The notes under the pieces were generated by a model. It saw nothing but the letters and a program-made list of their open reading frames with translations. It was not told the DNA's origin and did no database searches. A stretch of 64,000 nucleotides of DNA. Origin: Spirochaetaceae bacterium (GTDB lineage Bacteria > Spirochaetota > Spirochaetia > DSM-2461). Each line of letters opens with the position of its first letter. Position 1 is the stretch's first letter. The translations under genes were made by a program, and so were the position numbers. Positions 30,039-39,410 of the stretch are shown here, piece after piece. The stretch is taken from NCBI GenBank assembly GCA_965224705.1, contig OZ245056.1, forward strand, positions 704,001 through 768,000, read 5' to 3'.

Positions 30039-30463
30039 CAGTTTATGTTATACTCTTTAATTATCCGCTCCAGTGTATATGACTCAAAAAGATCCATGAT
30101 CCGGGCATTCATATCCTTCCAGAAAAACGATACTCGACAATTATCCGTATGCGAGCAATCAACGTAAGAAGTCTGATCATCCACACAGCAGGGAGTCAGT
30201 TGTATGTCTTCTTCAATTGCAGTAAGAATGTCACCGACTGTTATTTCACCGGGGGCTCGTTTAAGCAGAAAACCACCGCCGGCACCTCGAATTGATTTTA
30301 CCAATCCATACCTTTTCAGCTTGTTCAGTATCTGTTCGAGAAATATGGGTGAAATACACTCAGACTGGGTTATTCGTTTCACTGACAGGGGTCTATCCTC
30401 TGTCCACAGAGCAATTTTTATCATGGCTCTCAGAGCATAGCGAACTTTTGACGTAACATTCAT
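30038..30463 (-). CDS. Rrf2-family transcriptional regulator with Cys ligands (IscR-like)
   Basis: RYALRAM, LEQILNKLK..GLVKSIRGAGGGF and CC..C..C motifs; TGATG overlap with argA. Confidence 0.92.
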   Translation of the reverse strand: MNVTSKVRYALRAMIKIALWTEDRPLSVKRITQSECISPIFLEQILNKLKRYGLVKSIRGAGGGFLLKRAPGEITVGDILTAIEEDIQLTPCCVDDQTSYVDCSHTDNCRVSFFWKDMNARIMDLFESYTLERIIKEYNIN

Positions 30464-30644
30464 AATCAAAGTATGGCAGGGTTTATGTATTTTTACAAGG
30501 TGGCCTGTATCAATAAGCGTCTTTGATTTGATCTCTGAGTTGTCCGGCAGTCTTACGAAACGCTGGATCTCCGTGACTCAGCAGCCCGTATGGATAATGA
30601 TGGATAAACCTCACTCAACGGCTGAAATCAAAGGAAAGTGCGGA

Positions 30645-31922
30645 TCAAAAGGAAAACGCTTCGTGATGAATGTGCCGGGAGCGGATACCGGCCATTTTTG
30701 CACAGCGAATGACTTTTTTCATCAAGGGCGGCGGTGCACATGTGTAGAGCTCGCAGCTGTCTGAATGGCTGCCGGGAGACTTGAAGCTGTCTGTGCTGAT
30801 ATTCTCCCCCCGACGATCAATGATGAATTCTGCCTCGAACAGCTGCAGTTTTTCCATGGCCTGTTCAATTATACTTCGGGCAAAGAAATCGGCTTCTTTT
30901 GAACACAACCACAGAAGATGAACCGATTCCTGCAATCCCTGGTCAATTAAACCATCGATAATGCTCAGGAAAGGTGTTATTCCAACACCTCCAGCAATAA
31001 ACAGATTGCGATTGGCCCCCCCGGGTTTGAAGATGAATCGTCCATAGGGGCCGCTGATACTGACCGGAGTACCCACGGTGCACTGCCTGTAGAGTTTTTC
31101 CGTATAATCGCCAACAGCCTTGATACTGACCTTGAAATTTCCACCGGAAGAAACTCTGGAGGAAAACGAAAATGGATGCTCTTCCGCCGGCATATCGGAA
31201 CCCAGAATCCGCATATATCCATACTGACCATTCTGAAACTGAAATGGTCGATTTAATTGACCTATTTTCAAATTGATGATGTGGGCTTCCTCGTGGCGAA
31301 CAATATTCTGGATACAACCCTGTACTCCCTTTTTGGGAGATGATTGTTTTTTATGATTGATAAATATTGCCAGGGCAGTGATCAGATAAGCGGTTACAAT
31401 ACCTGTTCCAACGGGATTACTCTCATGTGCTTCAGAAATAATAGTATGAACCCAGAGGACGACACAAAGCGGCGGCATGGCGTTGTGGAGTAGGCGCAGC
31501 CGATTGTAATTTCCTTTTCTTCCGATGGACAGTGGTGTCTTCACCCATTTTGTAGAGGCCAGCAGCATGAGGTATACGAGCAGAAATCCTGAGATCAACC
31601 CCAGCAATGTGGAAAGAGTACCGATTTCATACCAGTCGAATCGAGTCAGAAAATGCCACGCAAGTAAGGAAAAGGTCAACATGGCTGAAAAAATGTGCAG
31701 ACGAATGGTAAATGGCTGTCCGAAAGCCCTGTCCATTGCACGCACTCTCGATCCGGTCACAATCTGCGTTAACAGATGAAAATACAGGAACACACCAGGC
31801 ATAAGTGGAATCATCAGCCTCAGTGGAGGTTGAAAGGATGTTTGATAGTAGGTATAGAGGGTAAGAACAGGAAAAATAACCCACCCTGCGCACAGAAGAC
31901 TTAAGGCAATCAACTTATTCAT
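30645..31922 (-). CDS. Ferric reductase/NOX-like transmembrane flavocytochrome (heme-b domain + FAD/NAD(P)H domain)
   Basis: About six TM helices with two His pairs (RLH...AWH; LLH...WVH); EEHPFS, GPYG and IAGGVGITPF motifs; terminal HEAFSF. Confidence 0.9.
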   Translation of the reverse strand: MNKLIALSLLCAGWVIFPVLTLYTYYQTSFQPPLRLMIPLMPGVFLYFHLLTQIVTGSRVRAMDRAFGQPFTIRLHIFSAMLTFSLLAWHFLTRFDWYEIGTLSTLLGLISGFLLVYLMLLASTKWVKTPLSIGRKGNYNRLRLLHNAMPPLCVVLWVHTIISEAHESNPVGTGIVTAYLITALAIFINHKKQSSPKKGVQGCIQNIVRHEEAHIINLKIGQLNRPFQFQNGQYGYMRILGSDMPAEEHPFSFSSRVSSGGNFKVSIKAVGDYTEKLYRQCTVGTPVSISGPYGRFIFKPGGANRNLFIAGGVGITPFLSIIDGLIDQGLQESVHLLWLCSKEADFFARSIIEQAMEKLQLFEAEFIIDRRGENISTDSFKSPGSHSDSCELYTCAPPPLMKKVIRCAKMAGIRSRHIHHEAFSF

Positions 31923-31934
31923 GGTCAGATTCAG

Positions 31935-32393
31935 CTATTCAAGAATGAATGGTACTATATGATTGTTAACAATTGGGGAAGCGACTTTTTTTACCGTTGC
32001 CGAGCTTATGACATCCGCATCGAAATCAACTTTTGCTTTCGTCGATATCTTCCTGTCAACTTCCCAGACAATCATATTGTCTTTTCCCATGGCAGTGTCT
32101 TTGTTTGCGTTGATCAATTCCACTACATTTTTCTTCTTAAGATCCTCCGTATCCAGCATGAGTACAATGGCATCATACTTCTTCAGAATATCTGATGATA
32201 CATCTTTGACTTCAAGATCTGTGACAGTAATGTCGTTGTTCCTTTTTACGGCCCTCATGATTGCGCCTCTTGCCCGGCTGGAAAACTTGGCATTATTCGA
32301 AGGATATACCAGGGCAATATCTTTTTTTTGAGTTTGTGCAAAAGCAATAATACCGACCAGAATCAGCGAAGCCAGTACTAAAAATCGTTTCAT
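31935..32393 (-). CDS. Exported small alpha/beta (flavodoxin-like) protein with a DVISSAT motif
   Basis: AGGAG RBS, signal peptide ending in AFA, YDAIVL strand, C-terminal DADVISSAT. Confidence 0.75.
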   Translation of the reverse strand: MKRFLVLASLILVGIIAFAQTQKKDIALVYPSNNAKFSSRARGAIMRAVKRNNDITVTDLEVKDVSSDILKKYDAIVLMLDTEDLKKKNVVELINANKDTAMGKDNMIVWEVDRKISTKAKVDFDADVISSATVKKVASPIVNNHIVPFILE

Positions 32394-32418
32394 GGAAATC
32401 TCCTGAATTACTTGATAT

Positions 32419-32616
32419 GGGCACCTGAAAAAGCATTCGTTCTTGATTCAATCTTTTCCGTCGCTGCGGCGTTGCCAATATGATCACACAGCCCTGCTGT
32501 GCATCACATTCCCTGTCATTCACTGTATGCAGACAGGCCGCCCTGTATCAATCTGCCTGTAGCAGGCAGGAAAGATCTCTTCATCAATTTCTAAATGCTG
32601 TTTTTCAAATACATCC
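32419..32616 (-). repeat. Degenerate family A element (subfamily with GGGCACC ends) carrying small hairpin insertions
   Basis: Reverse complement contains TGATACAGGGCG...GCACAGCAGGGCTGTGTGATCATATTGGCAACGCCGCAGCG, matching the family A core. Confidence 0.7.
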
Positions 32617-32745
32617 TATAGTATACTCCCAATCCGGCATATAGTCAATAATTCTTATTGAATAACTATTAATCTGTAATACCCGGGGAAGGAGAGATGC
32701 ATCACCTGGAGTCCATAACAAATTTGAGAAGACCGATCTTTTTTA

Positions 32746-32774
32746 TTGACACAAGTGATAGATTTCGATAGGTT
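32746..32774 (+). promoter_or_regulatory. Sigma70-type promoter of tRNA-Asn
   Basis: TTGACA-17 bp-TAGGTT, ending 16 bp upstream of the tRNA. Confidence 0.6.
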
Positions 32775-32790
32775 TTCATTCAGTCATTAT

Positions 32791-32863
32791 TCCCCTGTAG
32801 CTCAGTTGGTAGAGCGGGTGGCTGTTAACCACTAGGTCGGCAGTTCGAGTCTGTCCGGGGGAG
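32791..32863 (+). tRNA. tRNA-Asn (GTT), CCA not encoded
   Basis: Cloverleaf: acceptor TCCCCTG/CGGGGGA, D-arm GCTC..GAGC, anticodon loop CTGTTAA, T-loop GTTCGAG. Confidence 0.97.
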
Positions 32864-32907
32864 CAAGAAAAATCTGGTGCGAACCGATGCCCTGGCTGGT
32901 TTACAGG

Positions 32908-32939
32908 AAGCCCTGGAGGTGTCCCCTCCGGGGCTTTTT
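32908..32939 (+). terminator. Rho-independent terminator after tRNA-Asn
   Basis: Hairpin AAGCCCTGGAGG...CCTCCGGGGCTT followed by a T run. Confidence 0.8.
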
Positions 32940-33039
32940 GCTCTGAGAACGCCTCAGACCATCCTCAGGGGCTGTATCAGTAACACTTCAACAACCGAAG
33001 AACCAGGGTTCCGTTGTTTACTTTTTGAAATTTCCCCCT

Positions 33040-33201
33040 GGGTGTCTGTCGGACTTTAAGGCTTCAAGGCGATTTTGATGATTTCTTCCTGATGCAAGGC
33101 GACAACAACGAAGCGTAGCTGGCTGCGCGAGTATTTTGCCAGCACGGTAGCGGGAAAAAAGGGCAAAAATCGAGCCGTGAGGCGTAAGTCCGACGGGCTC
33201 T
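33040..33201 (+). repeat. Full-length family A palindromic element
   Basis: GTCTGTCGGACTTTAAG...CCTGATGCAAGGCGACAA...GGCGTAAGTCCGACGGGCTC, close match to 1461-1625. Confidence 0.95.
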
Positions 33202-33226
33202 GATGAGACGGTAAAAAGACGATGCC

Positions 33227-34483
33227 TTAGAAATGTCCTTTAATTATCAGGGGATTGGGAGTGAGTATCAGGTCGTCGCCAGCTTCCCAGAACCATTCTT
33301 TATCCGTCAATGTGTCATAAACAACGGCCCCTTGAGGAAACCCGTCCAGGGTTACGGTTATACTTCCTACTTTGGACCAGGCAACGGCGATGGCCTGGGA
33401 ATCACCCACATCAAAGGAATAGATTGCTGCCGGCAATCTCTTTCCCTCGCCAAGCTTTATAAGATCTGGAGACCAGTAGGAACCGGTAAGTTCTGGAGCC
33501 AGCCGCTGTATAACCTTACCGCCGCTTTTCAATTCGGAATCTTCGTATGCGACACCAAAGAAACGTTCAGAAGACGTTCCCGGTGGTGCATCTCCTTTTT
33601 TATAAGCATCATACATGCAGTACCACACGATGCGATCGGCTCCCGCGGCATATGCCGATGTAATCCATTTAGCCACATGAGCTCCCTGTTTCACCGGATC
33701 GACGACATGGGGATATATCCCGTCTGTCGGAATACCCATTTCCGTAATCCAGAGCTCTCCGGTGAAGCCGTAACTGTCCATGATACTCTGCGCCTTAGCC
33801 AGTCTTCGGGCGTTCACAATATGGCTTAGACCGTAAGAATGCACGGAAATAGCATCAGCTCCATCTGCGGCTCCGGAAGCGAGGAATTCCCGCAGATATG
33901 TCAGGCCATTTTTTAAGTAATGCAGAACAATCGCTCCAACGATTACGGTTGTATCCGGAGCAACACGGTTGAGTGTCTTCACCGTTTCTGCGGTCAACTT
34001 GAAAAAGTCCTCATCAGTACCTGTCCAGAATGTATTGTAATTGGGTTCATTCCATACCTCAAAGGCCGCAACACGGTCTCCATATCGTTCGGCAACTGCT
34101 TCGACATAGGCCAGCCAGTAGTGCATGTCTTCCGGGTCTATTTGTCTTTTTCCCTCAGGATTATCGTGCAGCCAGGGAGTGTCGTAGACCAGAAGCCCCA
34201 GCATTGCAACCCCCGCATCATCGGCGGCCTTCATCTGCGCATCAAAGAAACTGAAATCAAAGTCACCGGGCTGCTTCTCTATACGGTTCCAGGAGATATC
34301 CTGCCGAACCATATCGGCTCCGAAGGATGCAATAAATTCTTTCTCGGCACTTCCCTTCCATCCGGCATGACAGAAACCGAAGGAGTCCTCAATGTACCGG
34401 GCTTCCGTTATTGAATGAGGGATACCGGCACAGGATATTAAGAACAAAGCGGCTCCTGTAATTAATGAAAATCTGTATCTCAT
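33227..34483 (-). CDS. Lipoprotein glycoside hydrolase, clan GH-A (GH39/GH5-like)
   Basis: Lipobox LISC; FEVWNEPN acid/base and LWITEMG nucleophile motifs. Confidence 0.85.
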   Translation of the reverse strand: MRYRFSLITGAALFLISCAGIPHSITEARYIEDSFGFCHAGWKGSAEKEFIASFGADMVRQDISWNRIEKQPGDFDFSFFDAQMKAADDAGVAMLGLLVYDTPWLHDNPEGKRQIDPEDMHYWLAYVEAVAERYGDRVAAFEVWNEPNYNTFWTGTDEDFFKLTAETVKTLNRVAPDTTVIVGAIVLHYLKNGLTYLREFLASGAADGADAISVHSYGLSHIVNARRLAKAQSIMDSYGFTGELWITEMGIPTDGIYPHVVDPVKQGAHVAKWITSAYAAGADRIVWYCMYDAYKKGDAPPGTSSERFFGVAYEDSELKSGGKVIQRLAPELTGSYWSPDLIKLGEGKRLPAAIYSFDVGDSQAIAVAWSKVGSITVTLDGFPQGAVVYDTLTDKEWFWEAGDDLILTPNPLIIKGHF

Positions 34484-34560
34484 ATAGTAATGTTTAGCAT
34501 GGAGAGCCCCTGTTGCGTCAAGCATTTTGACTATAGACTGGATTATGGAGCATTTATGCT

Positions 34561-34781
34561 GTGTCAGAAAGCTTGTTATGACCTGGTTTCATTTAAATCC
34601 GATTAGATGAGGATTCTTGCTCAATATAGCAATTCAATGCTCATTGATAGTTGTGATTCGGTGAATTACTCATCTGGAATGATGAGAAGCCTCTCCGGCA
34701 AGATGTCCTGTAAATACTGTCCATTAATATATTAATTCTTTTAACAGAAACAATTACTTCATCCAACAAGCTTTCTGACAC
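34561..34781. repeat. Family B MITE-like element, 221 bp
   Basis: Perfect 17-bp terminal inverted repeat GTGTCAGAAAGCTTGTT/AACAAGCTTTCTGACAC. Confidence 0.85.
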
Positions 34782-34831
34782 CGTATAATTGCCATCAGAA
34801 ACCTCCTCAGGCAGATTCTGGTCTCTTACGG

Positions 34832-34860
34832 TTGATGTGATCTTCAAATAGCATTATACT
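34832..34860 (+). promoter_or_regulatory. Putative sigma70 promoter of the hydrogenase operon
   Basis: TTGATG-17 bp-TATACT; GAGGAGG RBS before 34912. Confidence 0.55.
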
Positions 34861-34911
34861 CTGGTATCAAGGTTCGTTATTGAGTCGTAAAACTGTATTC
34901 GAGGAGGCTCC

Positions 34912-35397
34912 ATGGTAACTGCAGCAGATGAAGAAACTTTGACTTTAACTGATGATTTGCTTGCCTATATTGAGGAATGGAAAGAGAAGCCGGGAAATCT
35001 CATCATGATCCTGCACAAAGTTCAGCAAGTGTACAGCTATGTTCCGCGGTCCATTGCTTTTGAAGTGGCAAAAATACTCGATATCCCCCTGGCAAAGATA
35101 TATGGTGTTATAACTTTTTACCATTTCTTCAAGCTTGAAAAACCCGGAAAGTACAATGTTCAGGTTTGTATGGGGACAGCCTGCTACCTCAAGGGAGCTG
35201 AAGATTTAATCTCAGAATTGGAAACTCTTTTGAGTATTGGTGCGGGAGGAGTCACTCCTGACGGGCAGTTCTCCGTAGAAGCAGTTCGCTGTGTAGGCTG
35301 CTGCGGTTTGGCCCCGGCACTCATGATTGGTGATGAGGTCTTTGGAAAACTTACCACGGACAAACTGCCGGAAATACTGGCCAGGTTCAACGATTAA
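34912..35397 (+). CDS. [FeFe]-hydrogenase NuoE-like [2Fe-2S] subunit (HydC/HndA)
   Basis: VCMGTACY...CVGCCGLAP. Confidence 0.93.
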   Translation: MVTAADEETLTLTDDLLAYIEEWKEKPGNLIMILHKVQQVYSYVPRSIAFEVAKILDIPLAKIYGVITFYHFFKLEKPGKYNVQVCMGTACYLKGAEDLISELETLLSIGAGGVTPDGQFSVEAVRCVGCCGLAPALMIGDEVFGKLTTDKLPEILARFND

Positions 35398-35446
35398 TGT
35401 GGTACACATTGATACCGCTTGTTTATGATACGGGAAGGAGTCTGAA

Positions 35447-35842
35447 TTGATGAGTGAATTAAATCTAAAATCCCTTCAAAAGCTTCGAAAGGAGCAGAAA
35501 GAAGTGATCAGTCGACAGGGAATTGATGACAGGAGCATCTACATCATTGTTGGTATGGGAACCTGTGGGATCGCCGCCGGAGCCAGAGAGGTCCTCAATG
35601 TGTTTCTCAGTGAAGCTGAAACTCAGAAAATGAACAATGTGGTTGTTAAGCAGACGGGATGTATGGGACTCTGCTACGCCGAACCAACAGTTGAGATCAA
35701 AATGGCCGGGATGCCGGATACCCTTTATGGGAAGGTGAACTCGGAAATCTCTAAGAAAATTGTGGCAACTCACCTCCTGGGAGGTAAACTTGTCAACGAA
35801 CATGTATACGGTTATCCTGCCCAGGATATCCAGAAGGAGTAG
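35447..35842 (+). CDS. Thioredoxin-like [2Fe-2S] ferredoxin subunit (HydD/HndB)
   Basis: VGMGTCGIAAGA...TGCMGLCYAEP. Confidence 0.9.
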   Translation: MMSELNLKSLQKLRKEQKEVISRQGIDDRSIYIIVGMGTCGIAAGAREVLNVFLSEAETQKMNNVVVKQTGCMGLCYAEPTVEIKMAGMPDTLYGKVNSEISKKIVATHLLGGKLVNEHVYGYPAQDIQKE

Positions 35843-35845
35843 CCC

Positions 35846-37621
35846 ATGCCCGTTAAGCGATTCTGTCTTGTATGCGGTGATAACGGATGTCAATCCGGTG
35901 AAGACATCTACCGTAGTCTAAGAGCCGCCATTGAAGTTGCTGGCATCAGCGATGAAGTGCAGGTTGTGAAATCCGGATGTTTCGGCCTTTGTCAAAAGGC
36001 GACTATCGTCAGAGTTTTTCCTGAAGAAGCAATCTACGTTGGTGTGAAACCTGAAGATGCGGAAGTTATTGTCAATGAACATCTGTTGAAGGGTAAAATA
36101 GTCAACAGGCTGCACTACAAGGGAAATGAAGAGACAAAATCTGACGAAAATGTTAGAGACTATCAAAAGCAAAAGCGTCTGGTTCTTCGCAACTGTGGTG
36201 TGATTGATCCTGAGAGTATTGATGAATACATTGCCCGTCAGGGGTATGTCGGACTGGAGAAAGCTCTCTTCCAGTTATCCGGTGATCAGGTTATCGAGGA
36301 GTTGAAAATATCCGGTCTTCGCGGGAGAGGCGGTGCTGGATTTCCAACCTGGCTGAAATGGAAGTTTTCGGCTGAAGTTGAATCCGATACGAAATACATA
36401 GTCTGTAACGCTGACGAAGGTGATCCGGGGGCCTATATGGACAGATCTGTTCTGGAAAGCGATCCCCATTCGATACTTGAGGCCATGACCATTGCGGCGA
36501 AGGCTGTCCAGGCGGACCATGGAGTGATTTACATCCGTGCAGAATATCCACTGGCCATTAAGCGGCTGGAAATTGCCCTGGGGCAGGCCAGAGAATATGG
36601 ACTTCTGGGAAAAAACATCCTTGGAAGCGGATTCAGCTTTGACATAGAACTGCGGTTCGGTGCCGGAGCCTTTGTTTGTGGTGAAGAAACGGCATTGCTG
36701 GCCTCTACGGAAGGTAATCGTGGAATGCCCACCCCCAAGCCTCCCTTCCCGGCTGTAAAAGGTCTCTTTCAAAAACCAACTGTCATCAACAATGTTGAAA
36801 CTTTTGCCAACATTCCCCTCATCATTGAAAAAGGTGGAGCATGGTTTAAAAACATTGGTTCTGAGGGCTCTCCCGGAACCAAGGTATTTGCCCTGACCGG
36901 GAAAATTCAGAACTCCAGTCTGGTTGAAGTTCCCATGGGAACGACTCTGCGAGAAATCATCTATGATGTCGGCGGCGGTATCCAGAACGGCAAGAAGTTC
37001 AAAGCTGTTCAAACAGGCGGACCCTCCGGCGGAGTTATCACCACAGACTACCTTGATACTGCCATAGATTTTGATACCTTGAAATCCATCGGATCGATGA
37101 TGGGATCGGGTGGAATGATCGTCATGGACGAAGATGATTGTATCATTGATGTTGCCAAGTTCTACATGACATTCTGTGTGGATGAATCCTGCGGAAAATG
37201 TGCCCCCTGCCGGATCGGGACAAGGCGAATGCTCCAGATTCTGGACAAAATCAGCAAGGGAATGGGCAGGACGGAAGACATTGAAAAGTTGAAAAGCATT
37301 GGTTTGGCCACGCAAAAATCCTCCCTGTGCGGCCTGGGACAAACGGCTGCCAACCCTGTACTGTCCACACTCAAATACTTCGAGCATGAATACCTGGAAC
37401 ATATTACAGAGAAGAAATGCCGTGCGGGCAAGTGCAAGGCTCTTGTTTCGTACACGATTGATCCCCAGAAATGCATAGGCTGCACTGTTTGTGCCCGCAA
37501 ATGTCCGGTCCCCTGTATAACCGGTGAGCGGAAAACTCCCCATGTAATAGATCAAAGTAAGTGCATCAAATGTGGGATCTGTTTCGAGGTCTGTAAGTTT
37601 GGTGCGGTACAGGTTGCATAA
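35846..37621 (+). CDS. [FeFe]-hydrogenase NuoF-like diaphorase subunit (HydB/HndC)
   Basis: GLRGRGGAGFP, CNADEGDPGAYMDRS, GGPSGG and ESCGKCAPCR motifs; C-terminal 2x[4Fe-4S]. Confidence 0.96.
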   Translation: MPVKRFCLVCGDNGCQSGEDIYRSLRAAIEVAGISDEVQVVKSGCFGLCQKATIVRVFPEEAIYVGVKPEDAEVIVNEHLLKGKIVNRLHYKGNEETKSDENVRDYQKQKRLVLRNCGVIDPESIDEYIARQGYVGLEKALFQLSGDQVIEELKISGLRGRGGAGFPTWLKWKFSAEVESDTKYIVCNADEGDPGAYMDRSVLESDPHSILEAMTIAAKAVQADHGVIYIRAEYPLAIKRLEIALGQAREYGLLGKNILGSGFSFDIELRFGAGAFVCGEETALLASTEGNRGMPTPKPPFPAVKGLFQKPTVINNVETFANIPLIIEKGGAWFKNIGSEGSPGTKVFALTGKIQNSSLVEVPMGTTLREIIYDVGGGIQNGKKFKAVQTGGPSGGVITTDYLDTAIDFDTLKSIGSMMGSGGMIVMDEDDCIIDVAKFYMTFCVDESCGKCAPCRIGTRRMLQILDKISKGMGRTEDIEKLKSIGLATQKSSLCGLGQTAANPVLSTLKYFEHEYLEHITEKKCRAGKCKALVSYTIDPQKCIGCTVCARKCPVPCITGERKTPHVIDQSKCIKCGICFEVCKFGAVQVA

Positions 37622-37636
37622 TAAGGAGAGAATCTC

Positions 37637-39391
37637 ATGTCAATGGTCAATATAAAAATTAATGGTAAAGCCCACCAGGTAGAAGCTGGCACAAGCATTC
37701 TGGATGCTGCAAAGGCCTTTCAGATCAACATTCCCACATTGTGCTACCATCCGGATCTTGAACCATGGGCAGCCTGTGGGCTCTGTGTCGTCAAAGAGGC
37801 TGGTTCCCCGAAAATGATACGTGCCTGTGCCACCACTGTTGTTGAGGGACAGGATTACATCACTCACGACCCTGAACTCATGGAAGTAAGAAAAACAGTT
37901 TTGAAATTGATACACTCCAACCATCCTAATGAATGTCTTACCTGTGCCCGCAATGGTTCCTGCGAACTTCAGGATATTTCTGAAGATTTCTGTATCCGGG
38001 AATCAGAGTATCGAAAAGAACTCAAAGAACTTCCAGTCGATGCTTCCACAGCATCGATAGTTCTTGACCCCCGAAAATGCATTAATTGTGGTCGCTGTGC
38101 CCTTGTATGTCAGCAGATGCAGGATGTCTGGGCACTGGAGTTCACCAACCGGGGCTATAATACTGTGATTCAGCCTGTGGGTGGTGCCCTGCTGAGTGAA
38201 AGTCCCTGTATACGATGTGGTCAGTGTTCGGCCCACTGTCCTGTTGGAGCCATTTACGAGAAAGATGAAACCGATGATTTCCTTGATGCTGTTCAGGATG
38301 AATCCCGGCATGTTGTTGTGCAGATCGCTCCGGCAACCCGTGTGGCAATCGGCGAAGCCTTCGGTGAGAAGCCCGGTACCATTATGACCGGACAGTTGTA
38401 CGCTGCCATGAGAATGTTGGGTGCCAACGCTGTTTTCGACACAAACTTCGGCGCCGATTTAACTATAGTGGAAGAAGGAACAGAGCTGGTTCAACGCATC
38501 ACGGAAAAGAATAAGGGCCCATTACCCCAGATTACCTCCTGCTGTCCTGCCTGGACTGACTACATGGAAAAATACTTCTCCGATATGATTCCCCATTTTT
38601 CTACAGCCAAAAGTCCCATGATGATGCAGGGATCCATAACAAAAACTTACTATGCTGATAAAATGAAGGTTGACCCGGCAACCATCTACTCAGTGGCCAT
38701 CATGCCCTGTACAGCCAAGAAATATGAAATTGGGAGGAGTGATAACATGCAGTCCTCAGGGTATAAGGATGTGGATCTTGTACTCACAACCCGGGAACTG
38801 GCCCGGCTCATCAAACGGGCAGGCATTGATTTCCTGAATCTCAATGAGGAAAAAGCTGACAGTCCAATTGGAACGTATACTGGAGCGGGTACAATATTTG
38901 GTGTTACCGGTGGTGTAATGGAAGCAGCCCTGCGGACGGCTCATGCTCTTGTAACAGGTGAAGAGCTTAAAGACATCAATATCCATGCTGTCCGCGGCAT
39001 GGAAGGTGTGCGGACTGGAGAAGTTCCCGTTGGAGATGTTACTTTGAAGGTTGCGGTTGCCCATGGGATGACGAACGTCAGACAAATCATGAATGAGATT
39101 CGCCAGGCAAGGGAAAATGACGAGGAACCGCCTTATCACTTCATCGAGGTGATGGCCTGTAAGGGCGGCTGTATTGGTGGGGGCGGTCAGCCTTATTTCA
39201 CAGACGAAAAGATCCGTGAGCAGAGAGTGGCGGGTATCTACACAGATGATGAAAGGTGCGTGTTTCGATGCTCCCATCAGAATCCTGAGATCAAGCAGAT
39301 TTATAAAGATTTCCTTGGGGAGCCCCTGTCTCACAAGAGCCATGAATTGCTTCATACAACCTACACACCACGACCACTCTATCAAAGATAG
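37637..39391 (+). CDS. hydA: [FeFe]-hydrogenase catalytic subunit (group A)
   Basis: H-cluster motifs TSCCPAW, MPCTAKKYE and EVMACKGGCIGGGGQP; N-terminal F-clusters. Confidence 0.97.
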   Translation: MSMVNIKINGKAHQVEAGTSILDAAKAFQINIPTLCYHPDLEPWAACGLCVVKEAGSPKMIRACATTVVEGQDYITHDPELMEVRKTVLKLIHSNHPNECLTCARNGSCELQDISEDFCIRESEYRKELKELPVDASTASIVLDPRKCINCGRCALVCQQMQDVWALEFTNRGYNTVIQPVGGALLSESPCIRCGQCSAHCPVGAIYEKDETDDFLDAVQDESRHVVVQIAPATRVAIGEAFGEKPGTIMTGQLYAAMRMLGANAVFDTNFGADLTIVEEGTELVQRITEKNKGPLPQITSCCPAWTDYMEKYFSDMIPHFSTAKSPMMMQGSITKTYYADKMKVDPATIYSVAIMPCTAKKYEIGRSDNMQSSGYKDVDLVLTTRELARLIKRAGIDFLNLNEEKADSPIGTYTGAGTIFGVTGGVMEAALRTAHALVTGEELKDINIHAVRGMEGVRTGEVPVGDVTLKVAVAHGMTNVRQIMNEIRQARENDEEPPYHFIEVMACKGGCIGGGGQPYFTDEKIREQRVAGIYTDDERCVFRCSHQNPEIKQIYKDFLGEPLSHKSHELLHTTYTPRPLYQR

Positions 39392-39410
39392 GGACTGTGC
39401 CGGCTGGAAG

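Noticed and set aside
30521..30633. Imperfect inverted pair CTTTGATTT...AAATCAAAG as an ncRNA or MITE
   Set aside because: Single short match with no second copy found; insufficient support.
32791..34483. tRNA-Asn as the attachment site of an integrated element
   Set aside because: No integrase and no duplicated tRNA 3' end were seen in the window.
36275..37555. 426-aa antisense ORF (also 38756-39457, 9497-10171 and 49790-50470)
   Set aside because: Shadow frames opposite well-conserved genes (hydB, hydA, clpA, gatB) with no recognisable motifs.
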